Below, one piece after another: positions 28,367-39,863 of a DNA stretch of 64,000 nt. The translations under genes and the position numbers were made by a program. A model generated the notes under the pieces. It ran no database searches and was not told the DNA's origin. It was given only the letters and a program-made list of their open reading frames with translations. How positions within the stretch are numbered: position 1 is the stretch's first letter; the number at the start of each line of letters is the position of its first letter. Origin of the DNA: Candidatus Latescibacterota bacterium (GTDB lineage: Bacteria > Latescibacterota > UBA2968); assembly GCA_965116885.1 (NCBI GenBank), contig OZ220741.1, forward strand, positions 2,464,001-2,528,000, in the 5' to 3' direction.

Positions 28367-28870
28367 GTGATGAATTTGCTTTATAAACCCGATGGATATC
28401 CCATTTATGCCGTTGTGGAAAATGTTCGTTCACTGTTTAATGTGGGCGCGATTTTTCGCTCGGCAGATGGGGTTAATGCATCGGGGGTTTATTTAACGGG
28501 ATTTACAGGATGTCCCCCGCGCAAGGAGATCAGTCGCGTGGCGTTGGGCGCAGAAGAGACGGTGCCCTGGTATTATGAACGGGATACGGCAAAGCTGATC
28601 GGCGATTTGCGCTCGCAAGGTGTACAGGTGGTTGCATTAGAGCAAACGCCAGATAGTGTCGATTTTCGAACTTTTTGCTATCGCTGGCCGGTGGCTGTGG
28701 TCTTGGGCCATGAAGTGACGGGTGTGCGTCCTGAGACACTGTGTTTGTGCGATAGCGTTGTTCACATTCCGATGTTGGGAACAAAAGTGTCTCTAAATGT
28801 GTCTGTAGCTACAGGGGTTATGCTTTATGAATTGTTGTCCGTTTTTGAGAGACAACGAGATAGGGTGTGA
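28367..28870 (+). CDS. SpoU/TrmH RNA methyltransferase
   Basis: NVRSLFNVGAIFRSAD, VLGHEVTGV, IPMLGTKVSLNVSVA. Confidence 0.92.
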   Translation: MMNLLYKPDGYPIYAVVENVRSLFNVGAIFRSADGVNASGVYLTGFTGCPPRKEISRVALGAEETVPWYYERDTAKLIGDLRSQGVQVVALEQTPDSVDFRTFCYRWPVAVVLGHEVTGVRPETLCLCDSVVHIPMLGTKVSLNVSVATGVMLYELLSVFERQRDRV

Positions 28871-28953
28871 TATACTTGGTTTGGCCGGGACTGGGCGGCG
28901 GGCTGACAACGTGGTATAACTGGCTGCTGACTACTGAGAAAGGACGTATCCCG

Positions 28954-30156
28954 ATGAGTTTACGCTTTTGCGCTGTGCTTTGTATACTTGTGGTCTTGAA
29001 CGGGGAAGAGCTGCGGGCTGAAACGAGCGTGTTTTGGGTGGCCAATGGTCCTATGGCATCGGATTTTGATGGCGATAGCGAGGTGACGTTTTCCGATTTT
29101 TTGCATTTTATCAATAATTTTAATGTGAATTCAGAGGATGAGAGCTATGATCCTCGCACGGATTTGAATGAGGACGGGGTCACGAATTTTAACGATTTTT
29201 TGGTATTTAGTTCTTCTTATGGTCAAGCGCAGACGCCTGCAGAATTGAGCGGAGATCGATATATTATTTATGTGGCGGATGTAGATGATAGTTCGGTTAT
29301 AGCACTGGATTCCGATTCACACCTGATACTCGATTATATGCCCTACCGCGGTCCGGGTGGGGTGATAGTATCTGAGGATCAGCAGTCGATTTATGTGGCG
29401 GAGGTGTTTGGGTTTTTCAAGATGGACACGCGCCATGAGGTGGAGTTTAGCGTGCCTGTTGAATCTCGGGGTAAAGCGGTGCTGAGCCTTGATCAGACGC
29501 GGGCGTATGTGGCTGATCAGGTACAGGACCTGGTTCGGGTGGTGGATGTGGTGAATGGCGTTACCACAGATTCTATCCTGGTGGGAAATCGACCAATTGA
29601 CGTCGCGCTCTCGCCCGATGGCACAAAGTTGTATGTGGTAAATCAAACCGATCGAAATGTGGAGGTCGTTGATTTGGAAACGATGACGGTTACGGCGAGG
29701 ATGGTTATCGGTGATATTCCTTTAGAGATTTCGATTACGCAGGATGGCGCGCGCGCTTATGTGACAAATTGGAGTCGCGGTGTGATTTCTGTTTTAGATC
29801 TCAATACCAATCAGGTGGTGGGTGCGATTCAGATTGATCAGGAGGGTTCGTTTGGCGCAGAGTTTTCTCCCGATAAAAAATTATTATATGTGAGCGCAGT
29901 GGGCGTGTTATTGGAAATTGATGTAGAGCACAATTTGATTGTTCGCACATTGCGATTGGGGAATGATTCGACGGTGCTCGGGGTTTCGCCCGATGGCTCT
30001 CGGGCTTATGTTGCAACGCTTGTGCAACAGGCTGGGGGACCGGGACTTACGGTGGTGGATTTGGATGAATGGAGGATTCTCGGACGGATACGGGGGTTCT
30101 TTTTCCCGAGGCAGATCGCGTTTCGGACTGTGCCGAGGAGCATGGGCTCTCAGTGA
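28954..30156 (+). CDS. Exported dockerin/EF-hand-like + YVTN beta-propeller protein
   Basis: DFDGDSEVTFSDFL and DLNEDGVTNFNDFL; SPDGTKLYVVN, AYVTN repeats. Confidence 0.85.
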   Translation: MSLRFCAVLCILVVLNGEELRAETSVFWVANGPMASDFDGDSEVTFSDFLHFINNFNVNSEDESYDPRTDLNEDGVTNFNDFLVFSSSYGQAQTPAELSGDRYIIYVADVDDSSVIALDSDSHLILDYMPYRGPGGVIVSEDQQSIYVAEVFGFFKMDTRHEVEFSVPVESRGKAVLSLDQTRAYVADQVQDLVRVVDVVNGVTTDSILVGNRPIDVALSPDGTKLYVVNQTDRNVEVVDLETMTVTARMVIGDIPLEISITQDGARAYVTNWSRGVISVLDLNTNQVVGAIQIDQEGSFGAEFSPDKKLLYVSAVGVLLEIDVEHNLIVRTLRLGNDSTVLGVSPDGSRAYVATLVQQAGGPGLTVVDLDEWRILGRIRGFFFPRQIAFRTVPRSMGSQ

Positions 30157-30184
30157 GGTGAGCCTGCAGTTTGATCTATTGGAG

Positions 30185-30211
30185 AAAGCGGCCTTAATGG
30201 TCGCTTTTTTT
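30185..30211 (+). terminator. Intrinsic terminator
   Basis: AAAGCGGCC-TTAAT-GGTCGCTTT followed by T-run. Confidence 0.6.
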
Positions 30212-30901
30212 ATTTGGTAGCAATAGGTCGAGACATTCTGTCATGAGGATATTGATGCGTTCAAACTCGCGTTGATTTTTGAGTATTTCGCAGGCGGGCT
30301 GAATATAGGGCGCATCGACGATTTCGTGCCCACAGTGATCGATCAATGCCCGGGCAGCGTCGGGCGTTGTTTCCAAATGGAATTGCAATGCGAGGATCTG
30401 ATCGCCTACCGAGAATGCCTGATGCTTACAGGCATGGCTTTTGGCGAGATGGGTCGCGCCAGCGGGGAGGTCATAAGTATCGCCATGCCAGTGAAAGACT
30501 TTGCCAGCATTGGAGAGTACCTTTCCTATTGAACCGCTGGGCACCGTTCGTACGCCCTCAATGGGAAACCAGCCGATTTCTTTGTGGTCATTGGGATAGA
30601 CTTTTGCACCGAGTACTTCGGCTATGAGTTGGGCACCCAGGCAGACGCCGAGTATATGTGTACCGGCGTCTATTGCCTGTTTCAAAAATTCCTTCTCTCG
30701 TATGAGCCAGGGATAGTCGCGTTCGTCATAGACGCCCATGGGTCCCCCCAGGACGGCCAATAGGTCAATTTCATCGGCTGATGGCAATGCCTCGTCGGCA
30801 AAGAGGCGCGTGCGCGAAATTTGAATGCGATGCGTTTTTGCCCAGGAAGCAATGCTGCCGAGGCCCTCGAATGGCACATGCTGGAGATAGTGTAATTTCA
30901 T
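30194..30901 (-). CDS. Class I glutamine amidotransferase-like protein
   Basis: LQHVPFEGLG, LGGPMGVYD, GVCLGAQL, WHGDT, LQFHLE. Confidence 0.92.
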   Translation of the reverse strand: MKLHYLQHVPFEGLGSIASWAKTHRIQISRTRLFADEALPSADEIDLLAVLGGPMGVYDERDYPWLIREKEFLKQAIDAGTHILGVCLGAQLIAEVLGAKVYPNDHKEIGWFPIEGVRTVPSGSIGKVLSNAGKVFHWHGDTYDLPAGATHLAKSHACKHQAFSVGDQILALQFHLETTPDAARALIDHCGHEIVDAPYIQPACEILKNQREFERINILMTECLDLLLPNKKSDH

Positions 30902-30905
30902 GATT

Positions 30906-31904
30906 TTAAGAAATGTCAACGGGTTGTTGCGTTCTGATGGACTCGTAGATGGCGTCCATTGTTTTCATATTGCCAATGCTGTTTTCGGGCGGGATGCGGT
31001 GCGGTTGCCCGGTTTCGAGGCAATCGCACAGATGGTGGAGTTGGTTCAGGAATTGAAAGACGGGTTCAAATTCATGGGTTTCAACGCCATCGCGGGTGTG
31101 AACTTCAAGGGTCGTGGGCTGGTTTTCGTTGTTCCAGGCGCGTTCTGTTCGCAACATGCCATCGGTGCCCGAGATTTCAAAATATTGTGAGGAGGCCATT
31201 TTGAAGCTAAAGGTGAGTTGTGCGGTGATATGATTGGGAAATTCGTAGATGGCGATAATTGTTTCATCCACTTCTCGACCAAATTCTCCCGTGGCATAGA
31301 CGCGGATGGGGTCGGCGTTGGCTATGAAGCGGGCGTGATGGGTGTTGTAACACCCCAGGTCATAGACTGCGCCACCGCCTTTTTCTTTGTTGAAACGCCA
31401 GTTGAGTTCGGGTTTTCGGCGGTCGTCTGAAACGCCCGTGCAAAAGGTGCTGCGAATATTGCTCAGGGTTCCGATTTGTCCACTGTCGAGAATTTCTTTG
31501 GTTTTGAGATGTAAGGGGTGATGGCGAAATTTGAAGGCTTCGGCGAGGAGGATATTGTTGGCTTTGGCGCAGGCGACCATTTCCCGGCATTCTGCAGCGG
31601 TTTGTGTGATGGGTTTTTCACAAAGGATGGCGCGGACTTTTTGCGATTTTGCGATTTGATTGCTCAGGCTGGCGTGATAGCGGCCCCAGGTGCAGATGAT
31701 GGCGATGTCGAGGTTTTCATTGTCGAGCATCAGGTCGAGATCGGTATAACCTTTGCGGACGTCAAATTCGCCGCGGTATCTCTCAACTGCTTCGGGCAAG
31801 ACATCGCAGACGGCGACGATTTCTGCGCGGTCAGATTGTGCAGCCGCCCGGCCATGAGCACGCGAGATACCGCCAGCACCGACAATTCCAATGCGATAGG
31901 ACAT
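30906..31904 (-). CDS. Gfo/Idh/MocA oxidoreductase
   Basis: GIVGAGGIS, LCEKP, GGGAVYDLGCY. Confidence 0.92.
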   Translation of the reverse strand: MSYRIGIVGAGGISRAHGRAAAQSDRAEIVAVCDVLPEAVERYRGEFDVRKGYTDLDLMLDNENLDIAIICTWGRYHASLSNQIAKSQKVRAILCEKPITQTAAECREMVACAKANNILLAEAFKFRHHPLHLKTKEILDSGQIGTLSNIRSTFCTGVSDDRRKPELNWRFNKEKGGGAVYDLGCYNTHHARFIANADPIRVYATGEFGREVDETIIAIYEFPNHITAQLTFSFKMASSQYFEISGTDGMLRTERAWNNENQPTTLEVHTRDGVETHEFEPVFQFLNQLHHLCDCLETGQPHRIPPENSIGNMKTMDAIYESIRTQQPVDIS

Positions 31905-31930
31905 GTAAAACTCCTGAAAAATAAAATACC

Positions 31931-32545
31931 TCAGGCCAGTGCATCCAATATATGTCGCGCAACAGATTCAGCCAGTTCAGCAGAGCCTTCTTTTGAAAAG
32001 TGTACATTGGCGGGGAGTTGTATATCGTCAAGGCGTTCCATAGCATAGGTATAGAGGTCATGTGTGGGAATGCCGTGTGCAGCCATGACTTTTTGTGCGA
32101 TGGCGTTGTATTCAACTTCGTCGCCGGGTTTGCGGATGGACGCGCCTTCGGGAACCGGTGTGGTGGCGCACCAGATCAGTTTGGCACCGGTTTGTGCGAG
32201 GCGTTTGACCAGGGTGTCGAGGTTTTGTTCGTATTGGTCGGCAGGCACCTGGTGTTGGCCCTGTGGGGGATCGACGCGCTCACCCTGTTCTGTCATATAG
32301 ACGATGTCGTGTAAGCCCCAGTTGAAGTGGATGGCATCCCAGGAATCGTCACCGAGCCAGTTTTCGATTTCTTCTATGCCGCGCTTTGTCGGGCCGCAGT
32401 TGGTGAGCGGGCGGTGGAGATTGGCTTTGCCTTTGAGCAGTTCGCGCACGGGCACGGTATAGCCAATGGAGATGGAGTCCCCAATGATCAATACGCGAGG
32501 AAGTCCGGGGTCGTCTTCAATGGGTTCGAATGCTGGGTTATTCAC
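31931..32545 (-). CDS. SGNH/GDSL hydrolase
   Basis: IIGDSIS, FNWGLHD, NVHF. Confidence 0.9.
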   Translation of the reverse strand: MNNPAFEPIEDDPGLPRVLIIGDSISIGYTVPVRELLKGKANLHRPLTNCGPTKRGIEEIENWLGDDSWDAIHFNWGLHDIVYMTEQGERVDPPQGQHQVPADQYEQNLDTLVKRLAQTGAKLIWCATTPVPEGASIRKPGDEVEYNAIAQKVMAAHGIPTHDLYTYAMERLDDIQLPANVHFSKEGSAELAESVARHILDALA

Positions 32546-33280
32546 GTGGTTCTCCTTTGAGTGACGTCGAATAGTGATCGAGGATCATGTCAAGGGCGAG
32601 GAGGTGTACTTTAGCTCGTCTATCCATAGGCCAGTTGGATGATGTTTCAGTGATCATGACGTGGTCGGCATGATGGATATAGACATAAGAAGTAAAACCG
32701 CTTTCACCCCAGGCGGGATCGACTTGCAAGACGCCCTCTGCGAGTGGGATATCGGTTTCACCGGTATCCGCATCCAGGGGGCCAATTTTTTTGCCCGGTG
32801 CGCGATGGCTGGCGCCAACCACGCGCTATCGCGTTTGCCTTCGTAAAAATAAGTACCTGTTGCGTCGTAATCTTCGTGCATGTCGAGGAAGACGTCAAAA
32901 CGATATCCCGCAATCTGCTGTTTGACAAGGGTGGATTCGGGAACTTCGTTTTTGAAAGCGCGATTGATGTCTTCACCCTGGATATTTTCTCGCTGGTTGT
33001 TGATGTATCCAGAAGGGTTGACACAGGGTAGAACGATGACGTGAAAGCGCTGGATTATATCTTCGATATCGCGTTCGAAAAATTGAAGGATGGCTTCGAC
33101 CCCCGCGGGTTCATCGCCGTGTACACCTGCCGAGAGGAGAATATTCGGTTTTGATGGCGCAGGTTTGCCAATTGTGAGACAATGAAAAGCATAACCGTGA
33201 ACATGGCCAATGATGCGATGGGCAATGTCGGGGTGCGCGATATTTTTTAAACGGTTTTCAAAAGTGGTGTAGTCTGGCAT
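32538..33280 (-). pseudogene. M14/AstE-like metallopeptidase split by a -1 frameshift
   Basis: AGVHGDEPAG, NPSG, RENIQGEDINR, DMHED in 32654..33280; C-terminal part (ITETSS..RAKVHLLAL) in frame 32538..32822; junction at A7 run 32786-32792. Confidence 0.75.
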
Positions 33281-33323
33281 GGGATTAATCGGACTATCTC
33301 ATATGAATGGGTTTTTTCAGTGC

Positions 33324-34982
33324 TTATGCGTTGTGCCATGCGTCTTCCCAGGGTGTACCTTCGAGCGATTCTGCGGCGATATCCTGGGGATCGCGTTTGA
33401 GCACTTGTTCTTTATATTTTTTGATGCTCAATTTGTCGGGTGATAAGGAGGTTTCTTTGCTGATGGCGCGGGTAAAGGCTTCGGCAAAGGTTTCGATGCT
33501 GTCTTTTTCATCATCGGGCAAGCGTTTGGGCCAGGGGCCGTCGTTGAGGATGACCGTGCGGCATTCTTCTTCTGTGGGAATGCGGGCTGGACCGGGATAC
33601 GAGCGCAGCCTGTCGCTGTCAAGCGGATCACTCAGGCCGTGTTGTCGTTCCCAGGCGGTGATTTGATTGCGAAATTTTGATGCCAGTGCGGGGTGTTCGG
33701 CGATGAGGTTGTGCTGTTCGTGTGGATCGTTTTCAAGGTCGTAGAGTTCTTCGATTCCGCCGTGGGCAAAGAAGGCGTATTTGTGTTTCTGGTTGCGCGC
33801 TGAAATCCAGCGTCTTTTGCCCTTGCTGTAGTCTATAATCGCGGATTCTCGAGGCAGGGACAGGCCTCCACCTGTTGCGCCCAGGAGATTTGCCCCCGGC
33901 AATGGACCGCGTTCTTCTGGATACTGGAGGTCGAGTTCTTCAATGAGGGTGGGAAAGAAGTCGAGCAGGCTGACGAGGTCATCGCATTGTTGTCCTGCTC
34001 GCGTTTTGCCGGGCCAGCGGAGGAGATATGGAATGCGCACGGAGGATTCATAAGGGCAGTTTTTTTGCGAAAGGCCGTGTTCGCCCATCATTTCACCGTG
34101 GTCTGAGACAAAGAGGATGACAGTGTTATCGGATAGGCCGAGGGTTTCGAGTTCATTCAAAATGCGACCGATGCCGTCGTCAACATGGGAGATGAGGCCA
34201 TAGTAGAGGGCGCGCAGGCGGCGCAGGCGGTCGGGGTCGCGGTGAGCACCGTCCAGACGTCCTCGGCTGCCGTAAAAATTGGGGGGCAGGGTTTCGATAG
34301 GGCGGTCGGCAAAGGATGGGAGGGGCATATCGGCGGGGTCGTACATGTCGTCGTACGGTTCGCAGGGTGCAAAGGGCGGATGCGGCGATATCCAGGAACT
34401 CCACAGGAAAAAGGGTTGATTGGTGCGGTAGCGCGTGTGTTCGCGGAGAAAGTCAATGGACCGGTCGGCGACCCAGGTATTTTTGTGGTGTTCAACGGGT
34501 ATGCCGCAGGTTTGGGGCTGGAAGAAGAGCAGATCGCGGATGCCTTTGGGAAAACGGGTGCGGACGCCGTTTTCTCGCAGATAGCGGAGGTAGTCGTCAT
34601 CGACCCGGTGATCGATGCATTCTTCCATTGTGAGGAGATTTCGGAAGCCGTAGTGCCGACCGCGAAAGTGCATCTTTCCAATGCCCTGCGTCCAGTACCC
34701 GGCGCGCAGAAGAAGCGTCATGATGGTGGGGAGTTCGGGTAAGGGCCCAGGTAGCGCGCTGTTGTCTGTCCAGTGGTGTCGGGACATTCTGTGACCGGTG
34801 ATAAAACTCATGCGCGCGGCAACGCAGACGGGAGTAGGTGTGACTGCCTGCGCAAAGCGAATACCTGAACTGGCGAGTGCATCGAGGTTGGGCGTGCGGA
34901 TTGTTGTATTTCCAGCGCAGCCCATGGCATCTGCGCGCTGCTGGTCGGTCATGAGGACGAGAATATTGGGGCGATCTGGCAT
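33324..34982 (-). CDS. Cys-type sulfatase
   Basis: PNILVLMTDQQR, TPNLD, CVAAR, GKMH, SDHGE. Confidence 0.92.
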   Translation of the reverse strand: MPDRPNILVLMTDQQRADAMGCAGNTTIRTPNLDALASSGIRFAQAVTPTPVCVAARMSFITGHRMSRHHWTDNSALPGPLPELPTIMTLLLRAGYWTQGIGKMHFRGRHYGFRNLLTMEECIDHRVDDDYLRYLRENGVRTRFPKGIRDLLFFQPQTCGIPVEHHKNTWVADRSIDFLREHTRYRTNQPFFLWSSWISPHPPFAPCEPYDDMYDPADMPLPSFADRPIETLPPNFYGSRGRLDGAHRDPDRLRRLRALYYGLISHVDDGIGRILNELETLGLSDNTVILFVSDHGEMMGEHGLSQKNCPYESSVRIPYLLRWPGKTRAGQQCDDLVSLLDFFPTLIEELDLQYPEERGPLPGANLLGATGGGLSLPRESAIIDYSKGKRRWISARNQKHKYAFFAHGGIEELYDLENDPHEQHNLIAEHPALASKFRNQITAWERQHGLSDPLDSDRLRSYPGPARIPTEEECRTVILNDGPWPKRLPDDEKDSIETFAEAFTRAISKETSLSPDKLSIKKYKEQVLKRDPQDIAAESLEGTPWEDAWHNA

Positions 34983-34993
34983 GGTGTTTGATA

Positions 34994-36490
<1,497 letters not shown>

Positions 36491-36546
36491 CTATAGTAAA
36501 GTCGAGAAAGTCGATGAGGATTATTTTTCCCCTTCAGATAGAATAC

Positions 36547-36581
36547 AAAAATCCCCTTGACGCAGACACATCAAGGGGATT
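36547..36581 (-). terminator. Intrinsic terminator within guaB leader
   Basis: Minus strand AATCCCCTTGA-N10-TCAAGGGGATT followed by TTT. Confidence 0.8.
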
Positions 36582-36679
36582 CAAGCGGTAGGCACAGTTA
36601 CACACTCCGCTCCGAGGCCTGGCGGAGGTGTAAACCGCCGTTTTTTTAGGCAACAATAAGTGTAAAGCCTCTGGTACAT
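36581..36679 (-). CDS. 32-aa leader peptide / small ORF upstream of guaB
   Basis: GGAGA RBS, ATG; MYQRLYTYCCLKKRRFTPPPGLGAECVTVPTA*; stop abuts terminator stem. Confidence 0.55.
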   Translation of the reverse strand: MYQRLYTYCCLKKRRFTPPPGLGAECVTVPTA

Positions 36680-36710
36680 GATCTTCTCCAAAACGCGACT
36701 ATATTTGTCA

Positions 36711-36739
36711 AATATACCGCTTCTCTTTTATTCTGTCAA
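36711..36739 (-). promoter_or_regulatory. Sigma-70 promoter for guaB leader
   Basis: Minus strand TTGACA-N17-TATATT. Confidence 0.8.
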
Positions 36740-36978
36740 TATGTGTGAAATAGATTTTGTTCACAAGGGTCTCTGGAAAAGGGGTTGACACCGGTCTTTA
36801 CGGCTTATATTTTTTATTTTTATTCACTCGCACTTCTAAATATTGCCGTTGATTGATTAGTTGTTTTTACTTTTTGAGACCGGGATAATTAACACTTCTC
36901 ATAACGCATTGTTGCAGTGTTGGATATACCGGGAACTATACTGATTTATATTTCGTTTAATTTGAAGCGGATTTTGGC

Positions 36979-37007
36979 TTGACAGGGTTTTTTTCATTCA
37001 TTAGATT
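36979..37007 (+). promoter_or_regulatory. Sigma-70 promoter for TPR-exbBD-tonB operon
   Basis: TTGACA-N17-TAGATT. Confidence 0.6.
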
Positions 37008-37126
37008 CTTCAGCCCTGCTACCTGTAATCGCATTATTTTGTGGTGTGGGTTATATATTGTTATTAACATGGAAGCGGCTTGTCTAAACTAAGTGTCGTT
37101 TTCTGCCGAATTTTTACCACAATATT

Positions 37127-38338
37127 ATGGAGATTGGGATCATGATTTTAGATTTGAAATTCCGATCTGGTTTTTTGGCTGTGCTGTGCGGTTTTTTTGT
37201 TTTGAGTACTGCGTCTCTTTGTTTTGCCGAAGAAGGCGAGACCGAGATGACACAGGCGGATTCTATCAAGAGGGCCGGTCAACATTTGGGTTGGGGTGAT
37301 CGGTATCTCAAGAGTGGGCAATACGAAGACGCCGAAACACAGTTGTTCAAATCCTGGGGGTTTAATCCCAGAAGAGGAGCAACGGCTCGACGCCTGGGCA
37401 AATTGTATAATGAAACAGAAAAATATGAGGATGCTATTCAGTGGTATCAAAAAGCCATTGAACTTGAACCCAAGAGCAAGTTCACCAAGGGGGCACATTT
37501 TGCCTTGGCTGGTATCTATATTATACAGGAACAGCCCGAGAACGCTATTGGGCATTATGAAGCGTTGCTGGCATTTAACCTCGAGTCAGAGGAAAAAATT
37601 AAATACTATCATGCGCTGGTCAGTTTGAATGTTGAAACTGGAGAATATGAAAAAGCATTGGATTATGCCAAAAAGTGGGGTGAATTGGCTCCTGATGATC
37701 CCGAAGTGCGGGATATGATTGGTAAATTGCATCTGCGAACAGGTGGCGAGGACGAAGCTCTGGCCGAAATGGAGAAAGTTCTGGAGATAAATCCCGATGA
37801 TTACGCTACACTGGAAAAATTGGCGGGTATGTATGAGCGAAGAGGCGATGATGATAAAGCCTTTGATGCCTTTGAAAAATTATATCAAAATGATGATTCG
37901 AGTGTTTTCTTTTTGGAAGAGACCATTAAATTGGGCAAGATGGTGGGAAAACCCAGAAGTTGGGTTGTCAACCGGCTTGAAAAATTACATGCCCTGCGGC
38001 CCGACAATCCGGGGGTGATCGAAGAACTGGCCGAGTTGACCGGGAGCCTCAAGTGGGTCAATAAAGGACTGAAACAAGATCCCCAAAATGGCAGGTACCC
38101 CTATATGATGGGGAATCATTATTCTAACAGGTGGGAAAATTCAAGTGCAAAACAGGATTCGATCAATGCCTTGATATGGTATAGAAGGGCGTTGAAAGAT
38201 CCGATGTGGAAAGGCAATGCCAACGCAATGATCCAAACACTTGATCCACCCCTGACCGAAGAAGAGAAGAAGCGTCGAGAATTTTTTGAAGATAGTAAAA
38301 AGAAAAAGGAGGAGGTGGAAACAGAAGGTAAGAAGTAG
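37127..38338 (+). CDS. Exported TPR-repeat protein
   Basis: Signal peptide; multiple TPRs (LGKLY..AIQWYQKAIELEP). Confidence 0.85.
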   Translation: MEIGIMILDLKFRSGFLAVLCGFFVLSTASLCFAEEGETEMTQADSIKRAGQHLGWGDRYLKSGQYEDAETQLFKSWGFNPRRGATARRLGKLYNETEKYEDAIQWYQKAIELEPKSKFTKGAHFALAGIYIIQEQPENAIGHYEALLAFNLESEEKIKYYHALVSLNVETGEYEKALDYAKKWGELAPDDPEVRDMIGKLHLRTGGEDEALAEMEKVLEINPDDYATLEKLAGMYERRGDDDKAFDAFEKLYQNDDSSVFFLEETIKLGKMVGKPRSWVVNRLEKLHALRPDNPGVIEELAELTGSLKWVNKGLKQDPQNGRYPYMMGNHYSNRWENSSAKQDSINALIWYRRALKDPMWKGNANAMIQTLDPPLTEEEKKRREFFEDSKKKKEEVETEGKK

Positions 38339-38408
38339 AAGGTTCTATGTTGTTAATCCATTTTTTTTAATTCACACGCAATTCATAACCTAACCTGGGA
38401 GATGTGGC

Positions 38409-39029
38409 ATGGTTGATCTTTTTATTAAAGGCGGAAACTTTATGTATCCGTTGCTGGTGATGTTATTTTTTGGTGTTGTGGTGATGATTGAGCGCTTTTA
38501 TACGCTTTTTAAGGCACATATCAATGCCAAAGAGTTTATGGTAGAGCTTCAGGATGCCCTCAAGCAAAATGGGCCAGAAGGTGCTGCCGAGTTGTGTTCC
38601 AATACGCGCGGCCCGGTCGCCACGGTGCTGCATGCAGGGCTGTTGCGTTTAGATCGCGGTATTGAGCATGTGGAAAAATCGATTGAGGAATCTGGCGCTA
38701 TCGAAATGGCTTTCCTCGAGCGTGGTCTCGTGTGGCTTTCCACTGTCGCAAACCTCGCACCTCTTGTCGGTTTCCTGGGTACCGTGTCGGGTATGATCCG
38801 GGCGTTTAACGATATTGCCGCTGCTGGCGATGTTGATCCCAGTGTTGTGGCTGGCGGTATTTCTGAAGCGTTGATTACAACAGCTTCGGGCCTGGTGGTT
38901 GCTATTCCGGTACAGGCTGCATACAACTTCTTCCTGTCAAAAATTGACAAGATCATCATCGATCTCCAGGAAAGTTCCAATCAATTTGTCGATGACCTGA
39001 TTCAATTGGGCTACGGCAAGGAGGACTAA
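38409..39029 (+). CDS. exbB: MotA/TolQ/ExbB proton channel
   Basis: LAPLVGFLGTVSGMIRAF, GISEALITTASGL. Confidence 0.92.
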   Translation: MVDLFIKGGNFMYPLLVMLFFGVVVMIERFYTLFKAHINAKEFMVELQDALKQNGPEGAAELCSNTRGPVATVLHAGLLRLDRGIEHVEKSIEESGAIEMAFLERGLVWLSTVANLAPLVGFLGTVSGMIRAFNDIAAAGDVDPSVVAGGISEALITTASGLVVAIPVQAAYNFFLSKIDKIIIDLQESSNQFVDDLIQLGYGKED

Positions 39030-39032
39030 GAC

Positions 39033-39437
39033 ATGGCCCTTCAGCGACGCGAAAAATCTTCACCTGAAATCCCCACCGGATCTATGGCAGATATCGTGTT
39101 TTTGTTGCTGGTATTTTTCCTGGTGACAACCACGATGAACCAGGATAAGGGTATTGGTATGCATTTGCCCCCGGCTGGCGAGTCCAAGAAAATCCAGAAG
39201 AAAAATATTTGCAACGTCTGGGTCAATGTCAATGGGGATATTCTCATCAATTTGGAACAAGGTGTACCGCTGAATATGCTTCGAGCAGATATTGAGCAGC
39301 GATTGGCGCAAAATGAGAAGCTGATCGTTTCATTAAAGGCCGACGAAGAAACGCCCTATGAGAAATTTATCGATGTGCTCGACGAGATTAAATTGTCAGG
39401 GGCAGATAAAATTTCGCTCGCCTCGCCCAGTGAGTGA
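39033..39437 (+). CDS. exbD: ExbD/TolR protein
   Basis: SMADIVFLLLVFFLVTT, LKADEETPY. Confidence 0.9.
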   Translation: MALQRREKSSPEIPTGSMADIVFLLLVFFLVTTTMNQDKGIGMHLPPAGESKKIQKKNICNVWVNVNGDILINLEQGVPLNMLRADIEQRLAQNEKLIVSLKADEETPYEKFIDVLDEIKLSGADKISLASPSE

Positions 39438-39452
39438 GTTCAGGAGGTTTTC

Positions 39453-39860
39453 ATGAATTTTAAGAAAAAGGGTGGTGTCTCGCACAGCATTCCTACCGGG
39501 TCTATGGCCGACATTACTTTTTTGCTGCTCATTTTCTTTATGGTTTCTACGGTTTTTGTCCGCTACCGCGTGACGGGCATTATTATGCCCAAGGCCGAAA
39601 AAATCGAAGAACTCAAGAAGCGTCGTCACATCAACTATTTATGGGTTTCTGCTGATCGCAAAATCTATATTGACGACAAGTTGGCGAATCTCGATCAAGT
39701 AGCCGGGATTTTTTACGATCGCCGCGTCAGAGATCCCCGTATGGTTGTGTCACTCAAATGTGACTATCGCGCGCCTTATGGATTGATCAGCAGAGTGATG
39801 GAAGAATTGCGCGAGGCCGATGCGCTGCGCATTAACTTTGCGACTAACCGAGAGGGGTAA
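39453..39860 (+). CDS. exbD: ExbD/TolR protein (second copy)
   Basis: SMADITFLLLIFFMVST. Confidence 0.9.
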   Translation: MNFKKKGGVSHSIPTGSMADITFLLLIFFMVSTVFVRYRVTGIIMPKAEKIEELKKRRHINYLWVSADRKIYIDDKLANLDQVAGIFYDRRVRDPRMVVSLKCDYRAPYGLISRVMEELREADALRINFATNREG

Positions 39861-39863
39861 GCT

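Noticed and set aside
36540..36700. Purine or ZTP riboswitch, 6S RNA, or type I toxin-antitoxin upstream of guaB
   Set aside because: No riboswitch core motifs recognised; too short for 6S; the peptide is not hydrophobic. A plus-strand hairpin with T7 at about 36621-36647 exists but I found no promoter for it.
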